Shown piece after piece: positions 1 through 13,606 of a stretch of DNA of 64,000 nucleotides (the stretch's first letter is position 1; every line of letters begins with the position of its first letter). The notes under the pieces are model-generated. The model was given only the letters and a program-made list of their open reading frames with translations. It had not been told where the DNA came from and made no database searches. The translations under genes and the position numbers were made by a program. The stretch lies in the NCBI RefSeq assembly GCF_001949145.1, contig NW_019091360.1, positions 740,137 to 804,136 on the forward strand. The letters are read 5' to 3'. Source of the DNA: Acanthaster planci (lineage: Eukaryota).

Positions 1-3000
1 TGCAGTGCTGAAACTGACCAATCATTCTGCAGACCTGTACGTTTGTCATCAAGATTTGACAAGCCGTGGACTGAAATGTCGAGTAGAATTGTAAGTATGC
101 TCAACATGAGCTGGACCAGCTGGGCACCATCACCGTCTCAGCAATGGACGTACATTGGCATTCCACTATAACAAACATGAGGGAGTCCACACAAAACATT
201 CGGTATAGCGATCTTCAGGTTCAGAGGTACACACCTGTTTGGAACTCCAGCCCATTCAAATGGGCAAATCAAGTTTTCCCAGAGTCATCGGTTAAACATT
301 GCATACAACCTTCAGAACGGTTACACTGGTTCCTGTTCATTAAATGCCACTTTAATAAATAGACCACTCCCTCTCTTGGTCCCACACATGTACTTTTCCT
401 AAAGTTAGTAAATTATTATAACACTAAGTCGCTGTACAAAGTGAAGCCTATTGAACTTAACCATGTCTGTGTGCAAAGGTAATGGAAAACTTCAAATTCA
501 GCACAGTTCAGTACAGCTGTGCATAGACTTTTATTCCAGATTAATGCATCATCAAAGCTGATATGCGAAACACTCAAATGCACAATCAGTAAATGAGTGT
601 TTTGTTTTGCTCTGTGTAACACGTGTGTAGGCATGTACACTGCAGACAAATTTGCCTCAGTTTTTAATGCATCATATCACAGAAAACCAGTGAACTTATA
701 TATTATTTATGGTGGCATGCATTTCATGGTAACTTTGCAGCTTGAAGTAAGGTTAGTAAACTTCCACTCTTGCTGATAGAGGGCTTCTTGACAACTGGTG
801 CAGGGTGCGAAAGGTTCTTGTGTTATGCATTCTTGCGCGGGTTTGCATCATTTTGTATGGGCTTTCAAACAATTGTTAGACCTAAACTCATCGTAATAGT
901 GCAACATATGTACAGTGTCCAAAGTGGTTCTGAGTTGGATACAGCCTTTGATAAGACCGATCCTCAGGACAGGCAACACAACCTGGTCTGCAACCGGAGA
1001 ATGCTTGGACATATGATGTACATACACAATGTGCATTATTTCAAAAATTGAAATTTTGAAAACATGCTCAGATCAGGTGGGAAAAGGCCAACTCACTCTA
1101 CCAACCTCAATAGTTAAAATTTTGGTATACCATTACCTATTACTAGTTCATTTGGAAAGAGTTCCATACACGGACAACACTTCATGCCTCTGTGCACAAA
1201 CTTATGAGACTGTTCTGAAAAAAAAACCAACCTGTTTTCTAAGTAAAAGCTTTAGAATTTTCTTGGCTGTTTTTCACTTTTAGGATGTTTTCATTTGCTG
1301 ATGGCTGTTATAATATTTGAAGGGAAAATAAGTGTTGTCCATATGCATGTATGTGCAAATGTGCACAGCCTAAATTGCAAGAAAAAAAATGATCAAAATG
1401 CATTACAGGGCATCTACATTTCAAACTTTTCCTGGGGCCCTTAAGCAGGCCCCGGACCCCACGCCGTACATACTTCGCGCTTCATGCTTGTGATTTCAGC
1501 TATTTTTTGTATTCTACTCACACCCCCTGAAGTATTCAATGGTAATTCAAGCATTACCATTATTCATGTATTTGTACTTGCGTCTTGCATTAGAGTGTAT
1601 TATTATTATTAAGGGAATGAAAGTGTGGTGGAGCGTGTATTAACCTGTACATGTAGGTTAGAAATGGTAAGGGGCCTGGTCAGCAATAATGGCCTGAGCT
1701 GCAGTGGGTTAGCTACTGTTACAACCACTCGTCAGAACACAGTGGTGGCTTGTATTGAGTCAATGAGTGTATGAAAGGCATTTGACATGTCCCTTTTTTG
1801 CTTTTCAGTCCTATCATATCAGTACAGACTACAGCAGTGTTTCACTGAGGACCCGTTATGGTGGCCAGATAGTAACATGACTCAGATATCATTTCAAAAA
1901 GCAAAGGATAGTTGTTGCAACTTCCTAACCTTCCTAGTTCAGGATGAATAAATTACCCATATGGGACAGGTTGAAACATAAGTTAGTTTATAACTGGTCT
2001 TAAATGTTGAAGCTTTACTCCAAAAAGTGCACATTGTTATATTCAGGTTCTTGGGCCCCTTTTTACACAGCAGACATTATTTAATTGCAGCAGGCATTAT
2101 CAAATGTTAATGCATGATCACATGGTGTACTGGCATTGTCAACCAATTGGAATAGTGAAACTGTCACAGGTGTTTGTTAATATTTTACATTGATTTTGAT
2201 TTTGCTCTACAAACGTGCACATGAAGGGGGTGTGGATAGTGCTCTAGCAATTTAGTGTAGCTTCATGACTTTTGCATGACTGGCCTGGCAAAATGTTTTC
2301 CTATCCTTTTTAGTAAATCATGATATATCCTGTACTCTTTCCATCACTTCATGTACACTGGCATTATAAGCTGACAGTTTACATGTATAGCTGCATGTAT
2401 GGAAACTGGACTTCTGTAACACAAATGCAGTGGACATAATGCAGCATATCACTGGCAGCCACTAGGGCATATTGATATTGATGTGTTTAAAGTAGGCATA
2501 CAATATTTATAGTGATGTCGAACAATTGCTGGGAGCAAAAAAATGCTAATGCTGCATTCCATTAGATAGTCCCTGAAAACAGTGAAGGTAATGCGCATGG
2601 ACTGGGAATTTCAGATGTGAAATGCCTCATTAACCACTGCATGTAACGTACATGTAAGAAGGAAATATGGCCTCCATTTTCTTTGTACATGAATGCAAGC
2701 ATGGAGCAGAAGAGTACATGTACATGTACTGTAGAATGCTGCTGAATTAGATGATTTGCTAGTTTTGCTACTTCTTATTTTGGCCCTGCATTTCCTTGAA
2801 TTTCTGCTAGTAATTGTGGCCAGTTGCTTTCAAGTTTACACCCTTGAGATCCACAGAATGCATGAAATATGTCAATGTTATTTACTGGTAAATGAACATG
2901 TAAATGAGTCATTCCATCCCACACACGAGACCTTTTTGTCTGTGGCTCTTTTGTTTTGTAAAATAGTCACTGGAATCTAGAGCAGATACATGTAAGTTAG

Positions 3001-3389
3001 TCAGTTTGAGTGGAGCAAAGGCTTTCCAGCTGCACTGGTAATATTACGCACTGTGAATTGAATTGTTACACATAACATGGTGAGATTTGTGTTTGATATC
3101 TCTGTTAAGGTGTTTTACTGAAAGAAGTTGATACTAAACACGAAAAATGGGTATTTTGAGGGATATCTTTAGGCAGACACAAGACTGTCTGCTGTTGAGC
3201 CTTAAAAACCACCAGCGATTATTCTGTGAATATTTGATTTTCATCCATTCTCACCTCTGACATAAGTTGTCATCCATTCACATGACAACTTTGAGAATAT
3301 TAGGATTGAAATGTAATGGAAGCCTTAATACAGGTACATTTTCCAGTACATGTACTTCAGTAATGATTTGAAGTCACTTACCATTACAG

Positions 3390-3474
3390 CTGATGACCTG
3401 TTGCAGCAAGAATTACCTAAAGGGGAAGATCTTCGTAAACTATTGCAACGCCAGTTGGAGTACTATTTCTCAAG
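3390..3474 (+). CDS. LARP4: LARP4 exon, start of La motif (DDLLQQELPKGEDLRKLLQRQLEYYFSR)
   Basis: ttacAG acceptor and GTTAGT donor; LxxQLEYYFS is the canonical La-motif start; phase-2 end joins the 7751 exon. Confidence 0.93.
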
Positions 3475-6400
3475 GTTAGTCAGTTTTTGCATGTGATTAA
3501 GTTGAATTGGCACTTCATTGTCAATTAGAGGAGTTTTAGGGAGTCATTTTAATGGATTTAGTAGTGTGCCTTGAAAAACAGGAAGGAATCAATATACTGG
3601 GTGACAAACACAAACATTTGAAGTTTCGCTTTTGCTTTTTAAGTTTTTACATTGTTACCACAGTGTAATAAAAGGATAAGCTGAGCCGATAGACACATGT
3701 ATTGTTTACAGCTTATTATATTCGACCAGTGCTAATTGCACATTATTCCTCCCACCCAAACTCACCTGTCCCATGGCCAATCTCTTTGCCACTTGACATT
3801 CAAGTAAAGGCATCCATTTTAAGTACCCGGTACATGTATAATATTTTTATAAAGCCACTTACGGTATAGTACCTGCTCGCATGCATATTGGCCCATGTAT
3901 TAAGTACACGGTGATGATAGAAGTTAACATTTCTGGCTGACCTACCAGTGAGTATTTTGCAGGATTGGTAGATTAGATTCATAAAGGTGGTATCAAACTG
4001 ACCACAAGGCATCAGTGGAGAACTCCCTAAGGCCAAGAAGTGGGAAGCATTAACCCCAAAAATTGGCCTTTACAAGGAAACAACCATTGAAAGGTTGCTT
4101 ATTTTCTTTTTATTCAGGTAGCTGAGAAAAAACCTACAAGATTATCAGACATTTGATTTATTTGAAATTGAGTGTTGGCTACAGAGTTATTAAAATATTT
4201 TTTAAATTTTTTTTTACCAAGGGAATTGGATCATTGGACAGGTGGCACAAGTGAAATTTCAGGTTTTTCCATCAGTATTGCCAGAGGCCAGGACAATCAG
4301 GGCCTACATGTATACACTCTGGAAATCTCCCTCCCCCAACACACACAGCACAATGCATGTCTAGAGCATCAGGCATTGCTTTGGATATTATGTCATATTT
4401 TCAGATAAGATTGTCTTGATTTCATTGAATTTTGGGGGCTTTTTGTGGGAGGGGAGGATTACTCGGAGACACCAGGACTAATGACTGGTACATTTGTAAA
4501 GTTTTATTTTTTATGGGCCTTGTGGATTTTTAGTGAAGATTTTATAAAATATTTGGTTGCTATGTTATATGCTGATATCCATTGTGTTTGTCTAGGGGAA
4601 GTCTATGACTCTACTGCCCATTATTTATTTAGGCTTCATTGATACCAAGTGATGCTTTTAGGCATTACTTTTTACATGGGGGACAAATATTTTGAAAAGT
4701 CTGGTATTGACAGAGCCTACAGAAACATAGGAACTCTCCTTCCTACCAGTAGCAATTATGTTTGGTACCATCCTGGATCCCCAAATGAAACTGCTCAACT
4801 GAACAGATTGCAAATGACATACATCTACTCATTTTAAAGAGACTCATTCCTTATTGAGATGCCATAAAACCGTGATTATTACTTGCTGACTGGTGATTTT
4901 AAAAATGGCCATTTTTTATATTCCTTTTCTGTCATTGTTTACCACTCAGACTACACAACAGAAATTCATATGAACAAATCTGGTCCGTGTTTTTGCAATC
5001 TTTACACTTCGGCTAGGTGAACATGTGCAGTAAATAATGAACTCTGGTAAACATTGGGCGTGATGTGAAAAGTTGTTCAGACTTTGACATCTGATTTATG
5101 TTACATTGCACATGTGTAAAGATTCGTGTTGTAGTACAAATGTGGCTAAGTGTTGTGTCTATCAACCATGGGACACTCTAAATTTTATCCATTCATTTCA
5201 ACATCAGCCACACTGGAGTGCAAAATCTAGTTTTATGTCCTGTATCACAGAGAGAAAAACCCAGGTACATGTACCAGCACGATTTGCAATTCTCCAGTGT
5301 CTTTCATGAGCATTTGCTTGTTTAGTAATTTACCCCACATTAGAAGTTGGATTCCAAAAAGAGAATTAGCTGCAATTAACTTGAAGTGTCATAAGGAATT
5401 TTGCCGATATTTGTGTCCTTGTATTCAGACTTTTTCTTGATTTAGCATCCTATTGCCTGGTGCAATTATGCATGGTGCAAAAGTACATATGTAATGCACA
5501 AAAAAATGAAACAGTCACTTAATATTGCTTTTTGGACAGAGCATAGCTGTTCTAATTACAACATGAGCAACATACATGTATTGAAAAAGTACTAACACAT
5601 GTCTGTATACCATAATATTTAGAGTATAAGCCACAGCTTATACATGTACGTCCATTCCCCACTGGAAACTGTCTCTGTTGCTTATATGCCGGGTGCCTTA
5701 TACGGCAAAGTTTGAAGGATAAAATCAGTAATAAAAGCCGTGCCCAGGCCACGCATATATGTACCATGTGCATGTGGGATTGTCGTTTACATCTGAAAAC
5801 TTGAACCTCAGAGAATAAATAAAAATTTGAGTCGTTTGGATTTCAAGTTATTAGTGGAATTCCCTGAGTCATGGAGTTACGAAACACATACATGTACATG
5901 AAATGTGTACGTAATCTTAAACTTTAATTACCGTGTGGCAAGATTTCTTAGTGATTATTTTCTCACTGTATATTCAATCTCATGGTATATTTGTTGCAGA
6001 TAAATAATCATTTTACTCAGATTGTTTTATTGTTTTAACGTAAAGATTTCTTTCTACCGTTAAATAAAAATCAACTGCCTCAGCGGTGTACATGTACCTT
6101 CATGTGGCAGATCGTTCGTCTTTTTGCTGATCATGTTTAGCGTGACATGCCACAATATTTGGGTTTTTTTTTTTCACTTAAGTTTTCTTACACTTTCTGT
6201 GGTCACGTGGTTATTGGAGTCAGCAATTAGACTGTCCATGAATGGGTCTGCGGTAGCAGTCAGGCAACCCTGAAAACAGGGTTTACGAGATTGCAGTGGT
6301 GCTTGCATGCGTGTGTGCCATATCACGTGCAGCATGCATGCAACACAAGAGGTTCCAATGTGATGACTCGAACCAAGGGCTCACGGCAGATTTTTCATTT

Positions 6401-6697
6401 TTCAAGTAAATTGGCAGTTTTTTTTAATCAGTGTCACAAAAACTGGATATAGTGTTGTGGACAGTCACACAGGTATTTTTTTTCATAAAAGCCTATTGTT
6501 TTAGCAAGAAATAGTCAACCTACAAAATAAAGCAAGATCTCATTTACATCCCTGACTGCAAAACTATTGCAGGCTGCTGGAAAAAAGGCAAGCGCTCAAG
6601 CACAGCCCATGTAGGACCACCATCCAGTCTACAAAATATTTAATTTGTGGACATAAAGTTCACTTTTTGTGGCGACACTCGTTCGCATTTTGCTTTA

Positions 6698-6924
6698 TGC
6701 TTAATTCCATAAATTAGGGGTCGAAAAGTGTGACATTTTTGTGTCCCTGTTACATCTGACCTTTGTTATTTGACAGAGAAATATCACCAGAATTGATTTC
6801 AAATTATTACTAGTTGTTTGGCAAGTAATTTGCATTAATTCCTCACTCTTGGGAAATTAGAAAATGTGTTCTGAACTTAAAAAATCATATGTCAGATGTG
6901 ACAGGGACACGAAAAAAAATACCC
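6698..6924. mobile_element. MITE, diverged copy, inverted relative to the copy at 13279
   Basis: Shares TIR (AATTCCAxAAATTAGGGGTC, GTGTCCCTGTyACATCTGAC); internal sequence is the reverse complement of the 13279 copy. Confidence 0.75.
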
Positions 6925-7029
6925 TGGTATTTTTATTAGGATTTCACGTGTAGTGGAACCATTGATGTACTGTACATGCTGTATTGGCACTTCAGCATGC
7001 AGTACAATGATCTTTGTGGTTGGATCATC

Positions 7030-7149
7030 AGAACTGCGGTGTGGCTTATACGCTGGTGCAGCTTATACACCGACTTTAAATCTTAATTTGCCAATTTTTG
7101 CATGCTGTGGCTTATATACCAGACGGCTTGTATTCCAAAACTTACGGTA
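7030..7149. mobile_element. End fragment of a pogo/Tigger-like MITE
   Basis: Repeated subterminal GGCTTATAC motifs ending in TACGGTA; partner end not located. Confidence 0.45.
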
Positions 7150-7750
7150 TTCACCCTTATGTATTAATTTGTTCATGTGCACTATTTTGCTCTTCTGCAG
7201 GCATTTATTTTATGTACACATTTTTATTTCTGCAATGTAATCTGGCTGTCTGTTGCTACATATAGATTTACATTCAAAGGATAAAGGAGGTAGAAAAAGC
7301 TACAAATGTACATACTTTTGTACTATCAACCCTAGAGGAATTTCGGTCACTCTAGTCACATGTAAATAACTCTTCAGCATTGATATGTATATTTTTACCT
7401 GATTCCCATGTACATTTCTCTTCGGTTGTCACTGGTCACGTTGTTTGCCCTGGGGTTAGGCATATGGATACATTGATGTACATGTACTACATAGGAATGC
7501 AGTACAGGAATGCCGTAAGTCTGCACCATAGTGGAAAAATTTGCACATGTACAGTACTTGATGGGATCCTCGGCTGTGAATATTCATGAACAAAATTTAG
7601 ACTGTTCTACATCTAAGTAACTTATTATAAATCTGAACCTCAAAACATGCAACAGTATTGACTAGAAATGGCCAATGTCTCTTTCTTTCTTTTGAACATA
7701 ATAAGAAAAAAGTTGGCTTATTGAATTTTTCCACTTCATGCAATCCACAG

Positions 7751-7887
7751 GGAGAACTTGGCAAATGACAGGTATCTTCAGTCCCAGATGGATGCTGACC
7801 AGTATGTTCCAATTTCTACCATAGCAAACTTCAATGCTGTCAAGAAATTAACCAAGGATATGCCACTTATTGTTGAGGTCCTACGAG
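7751..7887 (+). CDS. LARP4: LARP4 exon, La motif core ([45 protein letters not shown])
   Basis: cacAG/GTTAGT; ENLxxDxYLxSQMDxDQ.VPI..IANF..VKKLT is the LARP4-type La motif. Confidence 0.96.
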
Positions 7888-8201
7888 GTTAGTTTTCCTG
7901 TTGATTTTTCTCTGCCGTCAGAGCTGCAAGAAGCAGAATCACTTCCAAAAATGTGGTCCTTAGACAAAAATCCACCATTTCTCATTTCTTAATGCAGTGT
8001 CTGTCATGGTAAATTTATGTACTCGTATGTGAACATAGCTGTAGGAAATGCTTGCCAACATCATTTTAGCTGAAGTGCATGCCTGTGGTGAGGGGTTTAC
8101 ATGTAGGTATGGTTTTCTTGAAATTGCATATGGATCTGTCTATACTAAATGTTAAAACTTCACACCACCAGCATCCTCTCTTTTAGGCAAAAAGTCCTTA
8201 A

Positions 8202-8739
8202 CCACTTCATGCCGGGGCATTTTTCAATGTTGATGATGCCGGCATGGCTATCATTTTTTCTGTTTTCAAAATCCTTCAAAAAGTCATTTCATTTAACGGT
8301 CGTTTATAGCCACACAAAGTAATCTTTAGGCACTACTCTAAGTTGACAGGTGACCTTCATTGACGCTCGAGTATTTCAGCCAGGCCTGCAGCCTTGTAAA
8401 CAGAGCCCAGATTGTGCGGTGTTGTATAACTGTCTTTTGTTCACAAACCTGGCTCAGTGCACTGGTGACCTCTTTTCAATAGAGGCCAGATTAGCGTGCA
8501 GAGGTGCTGTGTGGCTCATCGCTGAGGTGGTGGAGCGCTTTTGTCCCCGGTGGTAATCCGCTTGCTCTAAATACCCCAAACCCTGGTATACAGTTTCAAA
8601 ACAAGGCTGGATTATCACCACTTTTGAGAGTGAAAAATGTTGGTAATGCCCAGCAGCCTGGTCTTTTGTTTGGAGTACGGTCTTTTGTTACAGGGCCCTG
8701 TTTCCTTTGTCGGATTCCGGAGTCCCTGGCAGAAAGTGG
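8202..8739 (+). mobile_element. piggyBac-like non-autonomous element, copy 1
   Basis: TTAA on both sides; TIR CCACTTCATGCCGGGG / CCCTGGCAGAAAGTGG; near-identical to the copy at 15312. Confidence 0.85.
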
Positions 8740-9386
8740 TTAAGATTAAACCCACATAACTGCCAAAATACTGCTTTACGTTAACTGCCTGGGGTGTGTT
8801 TGAAATCAGAAGTACGTTGGAGGATTTATCCCCATCACATTATCTGTTATCTGCGGTCTTTCTGGTGTAACAGCCATTAACAGGAAAGCACTTGAGCAAA
8901 AAAGGTAACATTTGGCAGTTGAAAATTCATACTTGTTGTCACTCAGTTGTAACATGTAGTGTGGACAGACCCATATGTTCTCTTTACTTCAAGGAATATG
9001 AATTATTCTTTTCCTCTAGCTTAACAAACGTTTAATAAGGAATCATATTCCAGAAAAAGTCACCAGTGAGCAAATTGTAATACTTGAGCAATAGTAAGAT
9101 TGCCAGTAACAAATGAACTTTAGAACAGTTATTAGAACCAGAGGTTTTGTCCATTTTTCCTTGTATGCTAATCTATACTGGGTTAAATTAGAAATAACAT
9201 GAACATATGCCCATCTAGAACTAGAACATGACAGCAGCTGAGATGTACAGGTTAATTGAACATTCCTATTACTGGCAGCATTTCTTGTAGATCCCATTAC
9301 GTCTCTGATTGTGGCATTCTTCTTGTATGTTCACAAACGTCGTGCATAAAAAAGGCACTACTTAATTGGAATATTCTTCATTACAG

Positions 9387-9490
9387 AATCACCTTGTGTT
9401 AAAGTGGATGACAAAGGAGAGATGGTCCGACCTAACCACAAGAGATGCACTGTCATCTTAAGAGAGGTTTCAGAGGCAACTCCTCTTGAG
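9387..9490 (+). CDS. LARP4: LARP4 exon, La-RRM junction ([35 protein letters not shown])
   Basis: tacAG/GTTTGT; VRPxHKRCxVILRE is characteristic of LARP4. Confidence 0.95.
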
Positions 9491-9704
9491 GTTTGTTACC
9501 TTTCAATTACACATCAAAATTTATATAATGTCCTTTTATTCTGTGTCTAAAGTTTAGAGGTAGAATGGTATACACATGGGAAAATGGCAAATTCTTTTTT
9601 AAGTTTCACTTTGAAGAATTGTTATATCAGATGGAATTTCCAAGAACTAAATACAGGAGTGCTTCAGGGGGTGCTGCCTCCTGGACACCCCACTGGGGGT
9701 TTAA

Positions 9705-10399
9705 AGGTTAACTGAAATAAAGATCAATTAGTTCACGTGAAGTTTTTCAAAATAACAATAACTATGTTACCATTTCACAAACATCATAATTTCAATGTGT
9801 ACCCCATTAATCATGACCCCAAAATGATTAAAAATGTCCTGCGTTCCCCGCCCACAAAAAATCCCCTTTTGGTCTTTCAAGTTCAAGTTGATTTGATGAT
9901 GTCATCACCAGAATGCCTATAAGTACAGTGTACATGTAAAGTGCATGATCTCACACAGAACATGCAGTATCGAACGCTTGCAGTAGACTTCATTGTGTTC
10001 GATGTAGCTTGGCCCACAGGCAAACACTGCCTCCATTCAAGGGTGAAATTAAAAGACACAGTCCTAGCTAGCACAGTGTTTGCCTGTGGGCCAAGCTACA
10101 TCAAACACAACGTGGTCTGTTGCAAATGTGCGATACTACATGTACTGTGTGCAATCATGCAATGTACACGTACACTGTACATGTAGGGTTCTGGCGATGA
10201 CGTCATCAAATCAGCCAGAGAGCGGGTACGGCCAAACAGGGATTTTTGTGGGCGGGGAAAGGCAGGATCTTTTTATTCATTTTGGGGTCATGATTAATGG
10301 GGTACACATTAAATATATGATGTTTTCGAAATGGTTACGTAGTAATTGTTATTTTGAAATACTTCACCTAAACTAAATGTTTTCTATTTCTGTTAACCT
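9705..10399. mobile_element. Foldback MITE with ~325-bp inverted arms and TTAA TSD (Kolobok-like termini)
   Basis: TTAA-AGGTTAAC ... GTTAACCT-TTAA; arms pair inward to 10001-10029 / 10074-10102. Confidence 0.85.
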
Positions 10400-10972
10400 T
10401 TAAAAGCAAGAAATTTGGGAGCAAACTTCCTTACCGGGGCTTTGCTCAGTTTGCAGTGGCAAAAAGGGCCGCATGCGAGAAAGTTCTCCAAGAGCCAACG
10501 CCCATTGTTCATGAGGCCGTGTCTGAAGTAAGGGTTCTTACTAAACATATTACTCTGTTGTTCATTCAGAACAGTATTTGCAAATTAGTTATTTATACTT
10601 GAGCATCAATCAAGGGGCATAGCCTAGTCGAAGACGTGAATTATGAACTAGAGGAGACCATTTGCTGCAGTGGATGTTGTGGCTCTGTCCACGCAAAGGC
10701 ATTTGTGCAAAGGCGCAAGTGATAAGCAGAACTAGCCAGTTTACAGCTGTGATGTGAGTTTTGTGTGACTCAGTAGCCCAGTAGTTCATGTCAAGGAAAA
10801 CAATCTTTGTCAAGAGAATGGTCATGGAGATGGCTGGAGAGAAATGTTAATATAAGTCCTCAAGGACTTGGAAGATATACAGATGCAACCTTATCAGTAG
10901 TTGTCACGATATTGATTGCAATGGACTAATTCCACTTATTTATTGTATTTTACCAATTCCTCCTGTTCTTAG

Positions 10973-11137
10973 GAAGTGAAAGCACTTTTCACCGGTGAAA
11001 ACTGTCCCAAATTTGTCAGCTGCGAGTTTGCACATAACAGCAACTGGTACATCACTTTTGAGTCTGATGCAGATGCTCAGAAGGCGTATCGATACATTCG
11101 TGAGGAGGTTGGAGTGTTTCAAGGGAAGCCTATTATG
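10973..11137 (+). CDS. LARP4: LARP4 exon, RRM ([55 protein letters not shown])
   Basis: Polypyrimidine tract plus AG, GTAAGC donor; closely matches the LARP4 RRM ([14 protein letters not shown]). Confidence 0.97.
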
Positions 11138-11841
11138 GTAAGCATAATCACTTCCAAGCTACAAGCTGAAATGATAAAGTTTAGTATACCCATACACTTC
11201 CATCATAGTCTGCTTTTGGTGGAGTTCACAGTGACAGCTCTCTCACCATAGACCTTTTTATAATAAATTCATAATTATGTATAGGTGCTTGTTTCATTCA
11301 ATATCATGCACTCGGGATGGAAGCAATGTTAAAAGTCTATTTTGTACACCAAAAACCTCATGCCTAGAAGAAATAGCAATAACATTTTGTGAGGAGTTTT
11401 GGCGGAAAAAAGGACTTTGCCATTGTACATTTTCAGTTGGTTACTCATGCATTTTGCTACCATGCCCATTTATGTGTTCCTGCATAAAATGAATTATAAG
11501 TGAAAAGGACCCCAGGGTCAGGTTAATTTGGCAACAGAAGGTTTGCAGCCTTGATTTAAAGCACACGCTGATAAGGACCTTGACAGAAACTGAATGCATT
11601 CAACTTTATAACTTGATGCACAGGTAGTTTTTAATTTACTTGATTTTTTAAAAGTTCTTGACACCCGGTTCAAGTCTTTACACAATTGTCAGGTAAGTTA
11701 ACACAACAAGGTGGGTCACGTTTGTGACTTGTCTTCTGAGTTTTGGTACATTATCTAATCTGAAGTTCAGGGTTTACTATTGGCGTGTACATGTAGATGG
11801 GAGTACCACAACCGCAGTGTGATTTTTGTTTCCTTCAACAG

Positions 11842-12141
11842 GCAAGAATAAAGGCTAAGCCACTTCAGAGAATAAACTTCTCCCCCAAGCCATCACCTGT
11901 CAATGGGTACACCAGCACAGGCCAACAGATGTTCACACAACAGTTTCAGTACCCTCCGTCACATCTCAACAATATCAGTCAGCAGCCTCCACAACAGCAA
12001 CAACAGTCCTCCCAACAGCAACAGCAGCAACAAAGTCAATCGCAGCAGCAGCAGCAGTACCCATTTTATTCTGCAGGAGTTGGACAATCGCAGCAGCAGT
12101 GGGGCGTGACAAGTTCGTCTTATTTTGAGACACCACCAATG
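11842..12141 (+). CDS. LARP4: LARP4 exon, RRM end (ARIKAKP) plus Gln-rich tract
   Basis: aacAG/GTGAGT; 300 nt, phase 0-0; completes GKPIM|ARIKA. Confidence 0.92.
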
Positions 12142-12754
12142 GTGAGTGTGCATTTTTGTTTTCAGGGAATATGAAACTTTTTTTTTTTTCCAATTCAGAG
12201 AAAAACTTGAAGATAATTATTTCCTTAGAATTTACCTTGACCGTGCCAAAAATATTTGAGGATTAGAAAAAAATGTTGCCTAACCCTGAAGCAGTTTTAA
12301 CCACTTTTCCTCCTGGAGGAATTGTGCAAAAAGTCTGGCTAACTGTGAACACTGATGGGCTGAAACATCGAGCGAGCCCTAACTCACCTATGGCTGATGT
12401 TTAAATGTACTCATCCTTAATTATTTTGTACATACAAAGTCCAAGAAGTCTGGAGGCAGGCAGGTATTAAATTTGAATATCATTTGTCCATCACTTAATT
12501 AGCAATTCTATACAAACATAACAGGGCTATATTCAGCAGTTTTAGGGTATTTAGGAGAATGCATGGATTCTAACAATTTGCTTATGAGCAATATTGATGA
12601 GAGCTGAAGTAACCGTTATCTGTAAAAACATAACAAGTACAGTTGTCAATGTTTGACATTGAGTGTGCATTTGTTCAGACTGATGTAAAGGTTGGTTATG
12701 GAAGGCAGTAATGAGTCGTAGTCTGATACGTTTGCTGCTATGTTTGGTTTACAG

Positions 12755-12876
12755 CAACAGCCTCAGGCCTTTTCTCCTGGTGCCTTCCCTCCTCCACCAC
12801 CCCCACCCCCTCCACAGAACAAGTTCCAGGCAGTCAATGTCAATCGACAACATGCATATCAGGGACCTCATTCAAG
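12755..12876 (+). CDS. LARP4: LARP4 exon, Pro-rich (QQPQAFSPGAFPPPPPPPPPQNKFQAVNVNRQHAYQGPHS)
   Basis: tttacAG/GTAGGC; phase 0-2 fits both neighbours; in-frame alternative CAG acceptors at +6 and +12. Confidence 0.82.
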
Positions 12877-13278
12877 GTAGGCACAGGTCATTCCTGACCC
12901 TTGGGTAGTTACAAGTAAAGCTACAGTGATTCTTAGACTGAATTGTAGAGTTGCACACCTGACTGAAATACTGTATAGAATTGCTTCATTCTTGACACTT
13001 TTTTGAATGCATGGTTCTGCATACAGTGTCTACTGCTTGATTTTAACTCAAAACTGATGTATTTCCTTGCAAATCGATATTGACTTATACAATGTTGACC
13101 GTAATCTCTCTGCAATGTGGAAAAGTGATACTGATATTGGAGGACTCTGAACACTTGTTGTTAATAAACAGTAAGGAAGGTAGGTATTTGATAAAAAGGT
13201 GAAGGGCAATATCCAAAAAAGCTGTAAAGCTTCAACAGAAACAGCCTGGACAGAACAAAATACAAACTCTGGGTGATA

Positions 13279-13516
13279 CGGGTAATTCCAGAAATTAGGG
13301 GTCCATTTTTTTGTTGTGTCCCTGTCACATCTGACATGATTTTGCAAGTTCAGAACACATTTTCTAATTTCTATAAGTGGTGAATTAATGCAAATTACCT
13401 GTCAAAGAAATAGTAATGTTTGAAGTCAATTCCATTGATGTGTCCTTACAAAGGTCAGATGTAACAGGGACACAAAAATGTCACACCTTTGGACCCCTGA
13501 TTTCTGGAATTACCCA
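13279..13516. mobile_element. MITE with long TIRs and TA flanks (Tc1/mariner-like, non-autonomous)
   Basis: TA-CGGGTAATTCCAGAAATTAGGGGTCC ... GGACCCCTGATTTCTGGAATTACCCA-TA; a fragment of the same family lies near 60159-60214. Confidence 0.8.
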
Positions 13517-13606
13517 TATATGTTCCATCAAGGTGTCCAGTAATTGTAGGATCTGATTTTTCTGCAATATTGACCCTTGAACTTTTTTGCTGTGAATGAA
13601 ATACAG

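Noticed and set aside
1..90. Open frame ending at a GTAAGT donor, possible upstream LARP4 exon
   Set aside because: No PAM2w-like (LNPNAxxW/F) motif, and its phase-0 end does not fit the phase-1 exon at 3390 without an unidentified intervening exon
8350..8743. Short ORFs repeated at 15478-15863
   Set aside because: They lie inside the piggyBac-like MITE copies and have no transposase motifs
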